A DNA stretch of 64,000 nt from Ophelia neglecta (lineage: Eukaryota). Positions 40,001 through 52,447 of the stretch are shown here, piece by piece (within the stretch, counting starts at the first letter, position 1; the number at the start of each line of letters is the position of its first letter). The stretch lies in assembly GCA_965285935.1 (NCBI GenBank), contig OZ260667.1:7936001-8000000 (forward strand), written 5' to 3'. The translations under genes were made by a program, and so were the position numbers. The notes beneath the pieces are model-generated. The model was not told the DNA's origin, ran no database searches, and saw nothing but the letters and a program-made list of their open reading frames with translations.

Positions 40001-43000
40001 CTATAATACTTGATCCGCCACTGTACCGTTTTAACAAAATACTGCACATCTTTATTTTAACACCTAAATGCAGCCGATATAGATCTTGTTGATGGTTCGA
40101 GTCCATCCGAGGGCCGTGTTGAAGTATATCGTAACGGTTCGTGGGGGACTGTTTGTGATGACTACTGGGATGATTTAGATGCTAGGTATTGTGAAATACC
40201 ATACACGTTTCAAATAAACCCGCAGACAAAATATATCATAAAAATGATATTTTGTTCAAATCTTAATGAAGTCAGAAGGGGCTAATTTTATATTCCAGCG
40301 TTGTGTGTAGAGAGATGGGCTACAGCGGAGGGAAAGCAACACAAGGAGGGCACTTTGCACAAGGCACTGGGATAATCTGGTATGACAATGTGCGTTGTAA
40401 TGGGACAGAACGTTCTCTGGCCCATTGTCCAAAACGAAGTCTTGGTGTGCATGACTGTCTGCATTGGGAAGATGCAGGTGTGATATGCCAAGGTAATGGA
40501 ACATTCTTTTACCTTCTAATCCATCAACCCACCTCCAAAAAAAAATCGGTATTGCAATTTTAAGAAATGTTATTCAAAAATGTTATTTTTACTATATTTA
40601 CACCTCTTGTTGTGGCCATTGACCTGTTTTCCAAGTTGTATATGAGTAACTAAGGATGTCTTATTGTGCCTGTTTTAGACTCTCTGGACAATAATGTAAC
40701 GTGCCGACCCTCCAAGCCTGGGTTGAAGCTAACTACTGAATTATCGGCAATGACAACTACCACAAGCCAATTAATTACTTCATCGCTTGCCTCAGGTACA
40801 CCGCATTAACAAAACAAGCATGTCTTATTTATTAGATTTCAACGTCGATATAGATATATAATTATTCATGCTCTTTATTCAAAGAAAATATGTTCCCTTT
40901 GTTTGCTAAATTGTCGATAGAAATACAATTTATAGCTTCATCGGAAAGCAGTCTCGCCGTTGTTAAATCAACCGATCCAAGCCAAACATTGCCGCCCGGT
41001 AGGTCTCCATAACAATTGCCAGAACTACATATCTGCTACCACCTCAAGTGAATTAGTATTAAGCAAACACCCGTATTCATATTTCATATGAATATCAATA
41101 CACATTTCTAAAACAAAAAGCCTAACCACGTTTTGCCATCATAGTTATAGTGACACAAGTGGCTCCCTCACACGGACCCATATCAGGAGGCACTGCGCTG
41201 ACCATTCAAGGAACTGGCCTCCTAAATTGGCGACTGGCAGCGGCCAGAATAGGAACTCATCAAATTGCAAACATCACGTGGTATTTAATCATATCCTAAA
41301 TACATATAAATGTGGTTATTAATTAAAGAAAAAAAATGATATGAATCATATCGGATTTTTCTCTCCCTCTCGCAAGCGCGTCTAAATAAGGACTTTAATA
41401 GAATGGAACATTTTAAAACCCAACGTCTATTTAGCATCCATGTATGACGTTATAAGGATGTCACACATTAGTAACCAACTAAATAAAATTAACCAAATCG
41501 TATCTTTTTATTCACAAAGAGTTTGAATAAATACAAGCAAATATAAAACGACCGACAAAATGAAGTGATAAAATTTGTTATATTTTCTTAGGCTTGCCAA
41601 CGGTATTTTACTATTCACGCCTAGAGGAAGTGAGACGTATAAAGATTTTAAAATTTTCTTGGTATTGACTGACGGGTCAGTCATTGATACTCAGTTTTCT
41701 TTCACCTACAAACCTGACCCGCAAATATCAGAAATTCACCCACTAGAAACTATAACCAGGTACTCCGCTATACTTTACAATTTGAGAAGTATGGGATATT
41801 GGCTTATTAATGAAGTTCATTCAAATACGTTTCCTACAAAAATGAATCCACACCAGGTCCTAAACGTACTACTGCCTAAATTTAATACTGTGTTCGATGA
41901 AGCAAGAAAATGTGCACAAACTACTTAAGCACATTAGATCGACCCCACCAGAATGATAAAAATTAAAAAAAAATATCCGGTAATGAACTCATCAACTTGA
42001 TAGCATTATTTTCCTCTTCCCTAGTGGCGGTACAAAGTTAACAGTACAAGGAAAGTATTTAGATTCGGTAGCCGACCCAGACCTACTGATGACTCTTTCG
42101 GCTAGAGACAAACAGTCTTTGAAACAGAATTTGGAATTGACTAGTGTAAGTGTTGTTTGGAATATAAAACTGTTTAGCGAATGTCTTTGAGTTGAATGTT
42201 TCTCAACATTGAAGCAGCTACACTGTATCTTTAGGTGACATAAGAAGTCAATACAATACATAAAGTCTCGTAATGGCACGAAATTAAGTAAAACGCCTTT
42301 TTAAATATGTTATCTGCAGCAATGCGAAAAAGAAACTGTTAAGTTCAACAAGATGTTCTGTCAGACTCCAAACACGACAGGCTACATCAGGCAGGATGAT
42401 ATAGACTTCTACGAGTTGTATATAGGGTTGAAACTGGATGGAGTGCCTACATACAGGAATCTGTCGGCCACACTACCACAATATTCTCAACTACAGGTCT
42501 TTAGGGATCCTGTGCCTGAGAATTTTGCCGAGGAAAAGTTAATTGAATCCGGGAAACCGCTGGTCATTGAAGTACGTTTCAAAGTATAGGCCTATATTTT
42601 TTTCATATTTCTCACCATGACTTGTTAATTCATAATTAAAATCTACTATCAATAAATTCTATACATTGTAAAGAAGATTGAATGATGAATGGGCAATTAA
42701 AGTCAAAAACTACAATGACGTGACAAAGAAGCTAATTTTATTTTCAACGAAGGGCGAATCACTGAGCAAGGGATGTAGTATGGATGACTACAAGATTACT
42801 ATAGGTCATGGTCGCTGCCATGTTGAAGAGTTGCTAGACAATGAAGTGCGCTGTTGGCCGCCAGAAACTTCACCACAACAAAAACCTGATGAGCGACAAC
42901 TGGGAGACAACAAATTTAACCTTTTGGTAAGGGAACATTCTGATACTTAAAGTAAAACGTCAATCTAAACATATATACTAAACAATAAGATTGGACTACC

Positions 43001-44042
43001 ATAGAGAAGTAGTCCCAACTCTTAACTCGTATTAAAATCAGGATTAAGTCGGTCTCATCTTGCTAAACATGGCTTTTGGAAACTATGTTTGGTCTTAAAC
43101 TTAGCCAATATTGTCTTAAACTTAACCCCGGTCAGTGGAAAGTTACAGCAACACCAATTGACCAAATTATAGTAGGCTTATCTGATCCAGGAACTTACGA
43201 CTGCTTAAAGAATCTGGGGCTAACTAATCAATTATTTCATGGATTGGTGTTGAATTGAAGTTGATTTTCATCATGCACAAAAATGACCTCAATACACAGT
43301 GTTATTGCAGGTACAAGTCGGGTACAGCGCCGTTCATCAACTTGGTATTGTCTATTACTACAAGGATAATACTGTTCTGTACGTCATCATTGGGTGCTCA
43401 GTCGCTGCCGTGCTGGTCATTCTAATGGCAGTCATCGCCTGTGTCTTAATTAAGAAGAGATACAAGCCCGGCGCATACAGTGAGAGGACAATGGGAGATG
43501 GTGAAGTCTTGGAAGGTCCACTGGACATTACCAGTGGAGGAAATGACATGAATCTCTCTGGACAGAACAGCAGACCAGAGAACTCAATTGGTCATTACAA
43601 TCAAAGTTTGGCGATTTCGAGTGGACACACTAGCTTCAACGAATACGGTGGAGAAAATCCTAGAATAGCGTCTAAAGATGAACACGATCCTAACGGTTAT
43701 CCCATTGGGAAGCGACAAAGACAGGAAAATGAAGAAGGGTATCTACCACCCCTAGGAAGACCAACAAAGAGGTATTTACCCGAGGGGGGCAACTCACTGC
43801 CGAACTGGGTAAATGATTCAGACGGGGTCTACGAGTCTAGATCACAAAGAGAATGGTCAGGACAGCCGCACCGAAATCATGCGGCTGGATCAGGCATGAT
43901 AGCATCAAACAGTAATATGAAATGGCACACTGCTGGACTACCCAGGGTTACCAAAATGGCTCGCGCTGTCAATCAACGAAGGAGGCTGCCTCGAGATGGG
44001 GCCAGGCCAGATCCCTTAACTTTCGATGATGAATATTATTGA
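37028..44042 (+). CDS. Type I membrane receptor: signal peptide, C-type lectin domain, SRCR domain, S/T-rich linker, 3 IPT/TIG (plexin-like) domains, TM, ~200-aa cytoplasmic tail; 14 exons, 851 aa
   Basis: Exons: 37028-37112, 38389-38544, 39024-39149, 39483-39602, 40074-40185, 40299-40492, 40679-40795, 40936-40998, 41145-41280, 41592-41759, 42025-42145, 42320-42571, 42753-42926, 43311-44042. All GT-AG, 2556 nt, in frame. CTLD motifs: CY...[31 protein letters not shown] motifs: [43 protein letters not shown] motifs: [40 protein letters not shown]....CWPP. TM: [26 protein letters not shown] followed by KKR. Confidence 0.9.
37221..37397. mobile_element. MITE family A
   Basis: gtgaaacctgtaaattgtgaccacc...gcagatttcactg|TA; absent from the paralogous remnant at ~33730. 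Confidence 0.8.
37505..37995. repeat. G-tract-rich interspersed repeat, related copy at ~63110-63540
   Basis: Shared tgacac..tctg.tgggcggg, gggtcataaaacca..cacccgtga and ttccatgca.caccc; internal re-start ggggtggtcatttactttggaggggg at ~37874. Confidence 0.6.
39163..39340. repeat. 64-bp tandem repeat (~2.7 copies), intronic
   Basis: caacacacattaaacaacataaatgtgaatt... starts at 39163, 39227 and 39291. Confidence 0.9.
39843..40023. mobile_element. MITE family D
   Basis: TIR cagtggcggat/atccgccactg; core gggcctatttctggacccacgcaag...ggggacaatccagacatttgcctt. Confidence 0.85.
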
Positions 44043-44370
44043 CTAAGACTAGATTGCCAAGTACATGTGCAGAAAAAACGCAGTACACTTGTGATTTGAA
44101 AGGTTTCTTAAGCATACGGAAAGGACTTTGTCTCTTCAGGCCCACATATCGTTTATATTCAATGATACTACACTCTTCTATTAGACTACTTAAATTGGAC
44201 GTGTAGATATAAATGTATTAATATGTATGTAATGTTGTTTATACCCCCCCCCCCCCCGCACCTATTGGTGGTTGACCAATCAGGAGCAAGTTTTACCTGT
44301 TTTATTTTGCGATAAAGCACCTAAAACTACTATCTTCGATATTCTGGCAGTGGTACAAAGTACCTATATA

Positions 44371-44544
44371 CAGTGAAACCTGTGAATTGAGACCACCAAA
44401 AGGGACAGGAAAATACTGGTCTCATAATGGAGGTGGTCTGTTTAGACAGGTTATTTTACATTGAATGTATGCAGTAGGGTCTTCAAATAAGTGGTCGTAA
44501 ATTCCAGGTGGTCTGAATATATAGGTTGTCTTCAAGATAGGTTT
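44371..44544. mobile_element. MITE family A (right end degenerate)
   Basis: TA|cagtgaaacctgtgaattgagaccacc... same internal sequence as the other copies. Confidence 0.8.
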
Positions 44545-45794
44545 AGCTTAGCGGATGACAATCAATAGTATTTTGGATTGCAGTTTGAACGGCTCAAGAC
44601 AGTCGGGCCGCAAAGACAGTAAAAATGCTTGAATGAACTTCAAAAATACAATTTAAAGTCACAAAAATTCTAAATCGTTTCTTGCCTGTATTAAAGCTGG
44701 CATTTGGCCTTACGAACAACAGTGACCTATCATGGAGCGTGGTCTGTTTTGGGCTCGAGATATGAAGGGTGTCAACATGGTCGAGTCAGTTCTAAAATGT
44801 ATATCCTTATGCAAATAGAGATTTTTGACAGACTTTGAAATGCTATTACCGTTTTCAATATGGCGGGTTTGCTCATTAGGGTCACTAAAGGACGATGGCA
44901 ACTGCGCGGTCTTACGACCTAAAGGTGTTAATCGTGCAAGTGTACGCGGTCGTGAAGTCAGCTCCGACGTTTAGTCCGTACCTGCGATATCAGCTACAGC
45001 AGACAGCATTTCAAAGTCAATGAAAAACTTCGGCTTGCGAAGCACAACGCTGGTGGTTTGATCCATCGGTGTACTGTGGTCAAAAACATAACACACGTTA
45101 CCATTAAGTCAGCTAATTGTGACTCATGAAGTGCCTAGGCTTCGCATTTCCATTTTATACAATTTCTGCATGGCTCTAGCAGTACAATAATTTCAGTGAA
45201 TAAATAAAATAGTATTATAACCCTTTGTATTGTATTCTGATCTGTCTCGATCTAATATGGATTCAGTTAATACATTATAGCGATATTTTCGATAAATATA
45301 TTTAACCTATGAGCAATATTACCACTGTAGGGTGTTTAAACAGAGGCAAGTCATTTTAATTGTAACATAAATTTAAGTATGCAGGAACAGGTAGAACGAT
45401 ATAGTCAGTGGTTTTCTTTATTTAAGTATACGAGGTTATTTGGCTGTCCGCCAACCCGGCAAATAGAATCAGTTTTATCTTTTTGTTGTACAATAATTGA
45501 ATGATCGTTATGCGGCGGTACATTATTATTTACAGTGCATTTTGACCGTGTTATTAAAAAGTGTGTTCGAGATCGTTCGCAGAACGTAATAAGAACGTGA
45601 CACACTCTAATTCGCCTAACTATGCAAACGTGCTGATTGTTTGTTATTGTATTTGCCCCATTGTTTGACACCTTGGCCCGGTTTCTGGGAAGGGTATTAG
45701 GATTCGGGATTACAATAGGCTGTTACGATTAGCTGAGACCTGCGAACCGAGCCATAGTTCGGGGTTAGGTTTAATATCAAATTGGCAAATTCGT

Positions 45795-46140
45795 CCACAT
45801 AAAGTTAATAAAATGGTCCTCCGGCTTTTATGTTTCAATTCTGAAAAAGGGGGTGAGGCATGATTTTTATTATTGATTTTTTTATTATTTACGCAAAAGT
45901 GTTAAGGGTTAATTCGGTACAATAGGGTGAGGCAGATTTTTAGGACTGTTTTTTGACAGTTTTATGAGAACTTTCGGTGTCTAAAAGGGGGGAGCCGCGG
46001 TTTTATTAATTTATTTCGTGGGCGCAAAGGCGGGGTGGGGGTAGACACTTATTTTTATTTATTCTCAGAACAGAATACGAAGTGGGTGCGGAGATTCTCA
46101 GGGGGAGCGAACGGTGCCTGATTTTATATTTATGTGGCCT
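45795..46140. repeat. Interspersed TIR repeat (ccacataaa...tttatgtgg), related pieces at 62268-62430 and 63780-64000
   Basis: Shared ttaataaaatggt, aaaaagggggtgaggca, tacaatagggtgaggcag and tcagaacagaa motifs. Confidence 0.6.
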
Positions 46141-48081
46141 TATGAAAGTTAATTATTTCGTGCTATAATGGTAAATATCATATAATCCATGGTCTGTTAG
46201 ACCATTTATATTCTTTAAAAAATGTACGGCGATAGAATTTAATAATCGTTAAGGAGGAAATAATAGAAATGAAATAAGTCCTGTAATAAATAAAAGAGTG
46301 ATAATCAAGAGGAATGTAGACGGAAAGCACTTGGAGTTCTAGAAAACCTAGAGACCCAATGAAGAGCAAACTGCCTAGTAAACACTCCCGTGAAAGTTGT
46401 ATCCTTTTGAACCAACACAATACTAGCAAATTGCTGGGTACTTGAAGAATAAGCCTTTGCTGGAGCATGCTCACAGACAATGATAAATTAGGAACGCCCA
46501 GGTACTTGCGGGGGAGGAGGCAGCTAAATATTTCTGTAGACAATTTTTTTCGGCCATATTTTGATAAGAAACAGTTTGTGCAAAGTCTTTGAAAATAGGA
46601 TAGTTTGCTTGGACCAAAGAAGGAGTTACAAGTATTCTTTAAATAGCCAAATATACGTGTCATTAAATTATGATACGATAAAATTTAGAGAATAAAAAAG
46701 GGGTTCAAAAAGACTCTTCAGAATACCTTCTAGACCTAACCCCCCACCCACCTCACCCCTACCCAGCAAGTTATATAATGGTGCGATTCTACTAGCTAAG
46801 ACTGTAGTTAGCAGGATTGACATCGCAAAATCGAGTTACGTTAAGCTTACTAAACTGGAAAGTCACACAAGCCCACCGATGTGTACAGGCGAACAATATC
46901 AAATATAAGGAACATATTCATAGCAGGCGTCTTTGAGTCTGGTCCCTTACTCTATGGTTAATTCAGAAGGTGACAAGCGAACGCTCAAGGCAAAAGTAGT
47001 GCACTGCGGCTTCGTTGGTTTATGCACAATTGAATTATGACTTTCTCACTAGAAAAGCATTAATATTCATTAAGTACTTTTTACATATGCATAGGCATAT
47101 CATACCTGCATTAATTAACATGATTGATTCAACGCTAGCACGAGGCATGACAATTAATGCTATGGTAAGACATCCTTAGCATTCCGTGTATACGAGTTTG
47201 GTTGGTAGACTATCGCCTGTAGTCATTTGTTTCTCAGGACCATAATGAATATGTACGAACGACTACTCTTAGGCATATCAAATATTAAAGTCGAGTATCG
47301 GGTATTGAACAGAACTAGTTGTGAACTATTTATCTTGCTCTGACGCTAAAATGATATGTGCACAAAAAGGCACAAAACAAAGTATTCCGTGATGTTGTGT
47401 GAATCAAACCAGTTTAAACGTCTGAAACGCAACGAGCACTTTAGATGACACATTATTCCGGTGAGTTTAACAATTTATATTTTATTCCTAGTGCAATAAA
47501 ATAAAATATTGAACTCGTCTTCTGAAACAATTGCTCTTCGTGCTACACTCTGGGCTGAGTTGTTTACGCAATGCTCTTTTTTCCATCAGCTGCATAAACA
47601 GCAAAATGCTGTTGGAGGGATAATTGGAGCCATTCCTCTTAGGCGCAAGGGGATCCATAAAAAGATTTCGACATAAGTTCCCAGTGCATAAAAATTGACT
47701 CTGGCTACAAGTTATAAAGACTTCATATAAATAGATGCAAGGATGAAGTGTAAGTCATTTTAATGTGTATACTGGTATAATGTAAGATTACTTCAATATA
47801 TGCATCCCATCTATTTGCTGTATAATTGCTCATAATACAACAAAACAAATATTAATGATGACTCGTTGAAACCGGAAATGGAGTTAATGTACAAAGACTA
47901 ACAAGGATACTACTTTTGTGATTTTGGAACTTAATTGCAGAGGACAATTGCAATCAAATCTATATAAGTTGTGTGCCGTAGAACACATTTTCATATTATT
48001 TCAAGACACAGTTCCTCCAGCCTTATCTTTTTTTCTATAGTGCAATAACTTGTGTTAATCATTCGTCCCTCATCTCTCCAG

Positions 48082-50829
48082 CTTGGCGAGTGAAGGTGTT
48101 ATGGCGGATGCTGTTAATAATGACCATCCAATGTGCGTTTCTTCTGTTTCCCGCTAGAAAGTGGTTAGGAGACTTTCCTGCAAGTGGGAATAATGGTAAG
48201 TAACTCGGCCCTGTCACTCAACATGTTTAATATGATTCTTCGTATTGATTATCGCAAGTAATGGACAGTGAAACCTGTGAATTAAGACCACCCAGGGACT
48301 GATAAATACTGGTCTGATTACAGAGGTGGTCTGTTTACAAAGGTTATTTTAGATTGAAAGAGTATACTGTGGTCTTTACATAGTGGTCTGAATTGGCAGG
48401 TGGTCTGATTTTAGAGGTGGTCTTTAAGTCAGGTTCACTGTATATTATTTTTGTAAACTTTGATGAGGGTGACGGCATGGAAACGGTAGAATTGGATTCC
48501 AGATTCGAGGGGGAGGGGGGGGGGGGGATAACCTCACCCCCACCCTGCCTTCAGAATTGTACAACCGTCGTCTAAAATCTTTTTCCTGAGTAGGTTTATG
48601 AATTTTACTTAGCAAGTAAAACATGCAAGATATTCATAAAATGGTTATTCCTAACCATCACAGGCATAGGTTACATTATTTCGGAAGTTATTTATGCCCC
48701 AGACATGCTTAAAGCCCTTGCAAGGGTAATTAAATTATAAAACTTACAACTGCAGTGTACATACAAGCAATGTGCGAATTAAACGATATGCCTGCTACTT
48801 AGAAAACTGCAAAGGGCCTATCAAATAAAGATGCCAGTGCTTTGGGAATTTAAACTATATTTGGCATGATCTAAAACTAACAACCCTTGAGAGGCAAATA
48901 TGTTGTTATAATTCCGACTCTTCTACTAACTATGGCTTATTCCAAATCCGACCTTACAAGTCTTGTGAACGAATGACTGAAAATTCACTATTATCAGTTG
49001 CGATCACACTAAATCGTATCATATTTTGAAGAGCTTAGGTTGTTTATCTAAGAAAGACTTTAGCTAACTATTTGAAAGAGATTTTATGTAACTGTTTGTG
49101 TAGTTTATTAAGTAATTGGAAGGTCAATGAAAAGCTCCGGCTACTGTTGGTGCCTCTCTGACTGTCAATGAGCCACAGGCCACCTCAAGCCTCAGAGCGC
49201 ATGCGCGGGGACTCAACAGCTTGATGGGAATTTAACAGGGAGGGTCGCCTATGCTGGGTAAGGTCAGATGGAAACTGAACAGAGGGGCAGTCGAGATGTA
49301 GCGAGATAATTGAACGGACTTGTTGGTGTGGAACTGTGTTTCGGCATGAATCGTCACAATATGCTTTGTTTTGATAACCAGTTTATTAAGATACTTTCTT
49401 ATTCCATTTAGAATTTATACCACAACAAACTGATGTGTTGTCAGAAAATCAAATGTCATTTACGGTGATAAGAGCAAGACCATTTGTGGCAGAAGTAAAG
49501 AAGAGAGTGAACCGTCATGGGTTCATCATAATCCCCGCGGTGATAGACCACGCTTATGTGGACATGGCGCGGAACTTCTATGAAAGCAGCATTAAGCGGT
49601 TACAGTTAGAAAACAACACCCTCTTCGTGTGTGCGGAACAGGACGCCTGTGACGAGGCACAACGTCAGGGACTCCCTGTTTATCTGTACAAGGACATCGC
49701 AAGGTCATCCGGACTGTTTGGTTCCAAGGAATTCATTCAGAAGGAGACGATTAAGCTGGATGTGATAAACGAAATCATCAATTCCGGGCATGGTGTACTA
49801 CTCACAGATTTGGATATGTTCTGGTTCAAGTCACCAATTGATGACGTGATTAAAAATTGTGGAGACAAGGACTTTGTTGTTCAAAATGAAACCTTTAACA
49901 CTGATTTGAACATCGGTTTCATGTACATACGCCCCACCCGGGCGTCCAAGAACTTGTTCAAAAAGATGATGCGATTTTCAGGTTCAGAATGCGCTCAAGA
50001 CATTTTCAACAAATTTGTCCGAACCCATAAAAGCAGATTGAAATATAAAGTTCTTAGTGTAGATGCCTACCCAAATGGTGTAACATATTTTGAGACTCAC
50101 GGGCGTATTTTGAGAGGTCAGAATCCGTGTGAACAATGTTTATTGGTTCATAATAACTGGATCGTTGGGACAGAGGCCAAAGTTTTCCGGTTTAAAGAGC
50201 ACCACATGTGGTATTTGGACGACAAGGGCTATTTTTCTGATCCTAATGCCAGGTACCTCGTGTATGAGAACGTGTTAGGGCCATCGGGCACCGAGAATAT
50301 AACTGCTCTGGAGAGGGGTGTGTTGAAAGGTGCATTGGCCATTGCAAAAATACTTAACAGGACCCTCATCCTCCCACAGAGATTTCACTCTAAAAACCGC
50401 GAAGTTACCGCTTTAAACGGAATTTTGATTATAAAAGTCTTTGATAAATACTTCAATCATTCGTATCGGGAGAGCACATTTCTTGATCACTCTTTGGTAC
50501 CCTTACATGTAAAGAAAGGGGAATGCGGCCCCTTGCTCATCAAAAACAATTTTTCCCAATCCACTTTCCCAGATGAAGAACAAAATATGAGGACTGTTTT
50601 TCAGCCTAATGATATGGAGAATGGAGCGATGGAGGGAGAAATACGGAACTGGTTGACTAGTACACCGTTTGTTAGGTGCCAGGTCCTCAGGTTCCATTCC
50701 ATGTACAGAGTCTTTAAATCATTTGACAAGCCAGAGGTTCAGAGGGACTTCAACCAGATGTTTGATAAAGCGGTCTTGCCGGGAGGATATCGCCAGTTAA
50801 AGCTCTTTCGTGTTAAGCAGAAATTGTAA
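48082..50829 (+). CDS. GT77-like nucleotide-diphospho-sugar transferase (type II Golgi glycosyltransferase, GT-A fold) with C-terminal extension
   Basis: Large exon 49412-50829 contains DXD (LLTDLDMFW), LNIGFMYIRPT, Q..FN, YPNG..YF, VHNNW and ALAIAKILNRTLILP. A phase-compatible upstream exon 48082-48195 encodes a signal-anchor (WRVKVLWRMLLIMTIQCAFLLFPARK). The start is uncertain: in-exon ATG 48108, or micro-exon ATGAAGT|gtaagt at 47743-47749. Confidence 0.85.
48266..48440. mobile_element. MITE family A
   Basis: cagtgaaacctgtgaattaagaccacc...caggttcactg|TA. Confidence 0.85.
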
Positions 50830-51383
50830 CTCGACCATGGCATTATATTCTTTATCATTGAATCATATTGTTGGAAAAACTATTCGATCATTGTATCCTG
50901 CTTTGTTGATATGGGTATCGTAGTTTTGTGTGTTTATTATTATGAAAGACGCAACGACATTGTGAAAGAAACACATCATGTGTGCCATTGCATCTGAGGC
51001 CGATAATGTCATGTTGGCTACGTGAGGCCACGTTCATACTAATTTATTTTTTGATTTTTTCTTAGCAAGCCAATTATGTATACAAAGTATGCACGCCTTT
51101 TATACGAGACATATGCTTGAGTAAACTGACAAGTCATCGGCTGGGATTGACCAGGAGAGGACTACAATTACAACTACAATAAGGATAATACAGTACCAGA
51201 GTTTCCTCAACATATCAATGCCATTGAAAGCGGAAAAGGATAGGTTTACAGTTTTAATGCTTACATAATTTTAATGTTAAATGTTCATGCTTTATCGCGC
51301 CAAAAGACTGCGGGCCTTCTTGACATACTACTTTAGAATTGAAGCTGAGGCTAAGGTCGTTTTGGATGCTGAGGGTAGTTGTT

Positions 51384-52447
51384 AACTAGGCCAACGCTGT
51401 CGGTGGGCCGACAGCAAGGGGTATATCCGCGAATGCGTGCAATAATCAAATGGGGAACATGGCATAAGGCGAGGTAGTGAATATGGTAGTTGTTAGTTGG
51501 CACAAAAGATAACGACCTTAACTAATTTTTGTTCAGGTCATTAATAAAGTTAAACTAGTTAACTCATTACACAGGACTAGCTAACTTATTACACAGATTG
51601 TAGTAGGTTCTATTTGACCTCAATAATAATGCAGGTCATTCTTAAAGTTGGTGTCATATGACCTCAATAATAATGCAAAACGACCCTAACTAATTTTTTT
51701 CAGGTCATTAATAAAGTTAACTAGTGAACTTATTAGTAGGTTTCATAAGACCTCAATAATAATGCAAAACGACCTTACCTAATTTTTTTTCAGGTCATTA
51801 ATAAAGTTAACTAGTTAACTTATTACACAGTACTAGTTAACTTGTTACACAGATTGTAGCAGCTTTTATATAACCTCAATAATAAGGCAGGTCATTAATA
51901 AAGTTGGTTCCATATGACCTCAAGAATAATGCAAAACCACCTTAACTAATTTTTTTCAGGTCATTAATAAAGTTAACTGGTTAACTTATTATACAGATTG
52001 TATATAGTTATTACATGAATCATGACACAAAACTTCAAGCCAATATCATCTATACTTTGGAATATTTGATAGAAAATGTGTTTTTGACATAATTAATTAA
52101 TTATTTTAACTGATTAATAATTATCAGAAATTCACCAGAATAAATCCAGGCCTTCCTCTCACTTAGGTCAATGGCTGTGTCAAATTAGAAAAAGATGTAT
52201 CAAATATTTTTTGTGTTATTGTGGAAAATGCGTTTCTGACGTAATTAATTAATTGTTTTAACGAATTAATAATTATTGGATTTTCACTAGAATCTCCTCA
52301 GTTCCTCCTCTCAATAAGGTCTATGGCTGTGTTGAATTTGAAAAAGATGTACGAAATGGTTTTTGAGTTATTGCATTAACGACTAAAATCTGCGGCAGCG
52401 GCGGCGGTGCTACTGAAAACGTAATATCCTCATTTCGCAGATATAAT
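51384..52447 (-). mobile_element. Non-autonomous Helentron-type element (HINE/DINE-1-like) with internal tandem repeats
   Basis: Sub-terminal inverted repeats tatatccgcgaatg (51422-51435) and catttcgcagatata (52431-52445); terminal hairpin gctgtcgg-tggg-ccgacagc (51396-51415); (GGC)n microsatellite ~52392-52407; tandem array 51510-52000. Confidence 0.7.

Noticed and set aside
44825-45025. 14-bp inverted repeat gactttgaaatgct / agcatttcaaagtc
   Set aside because: No element termini or TSD could be defined; probably an old MITE fragment.
46178-46663. 161-aa minus-strand ORF
   Set aside because: No recognisable motif or linked splice structure.
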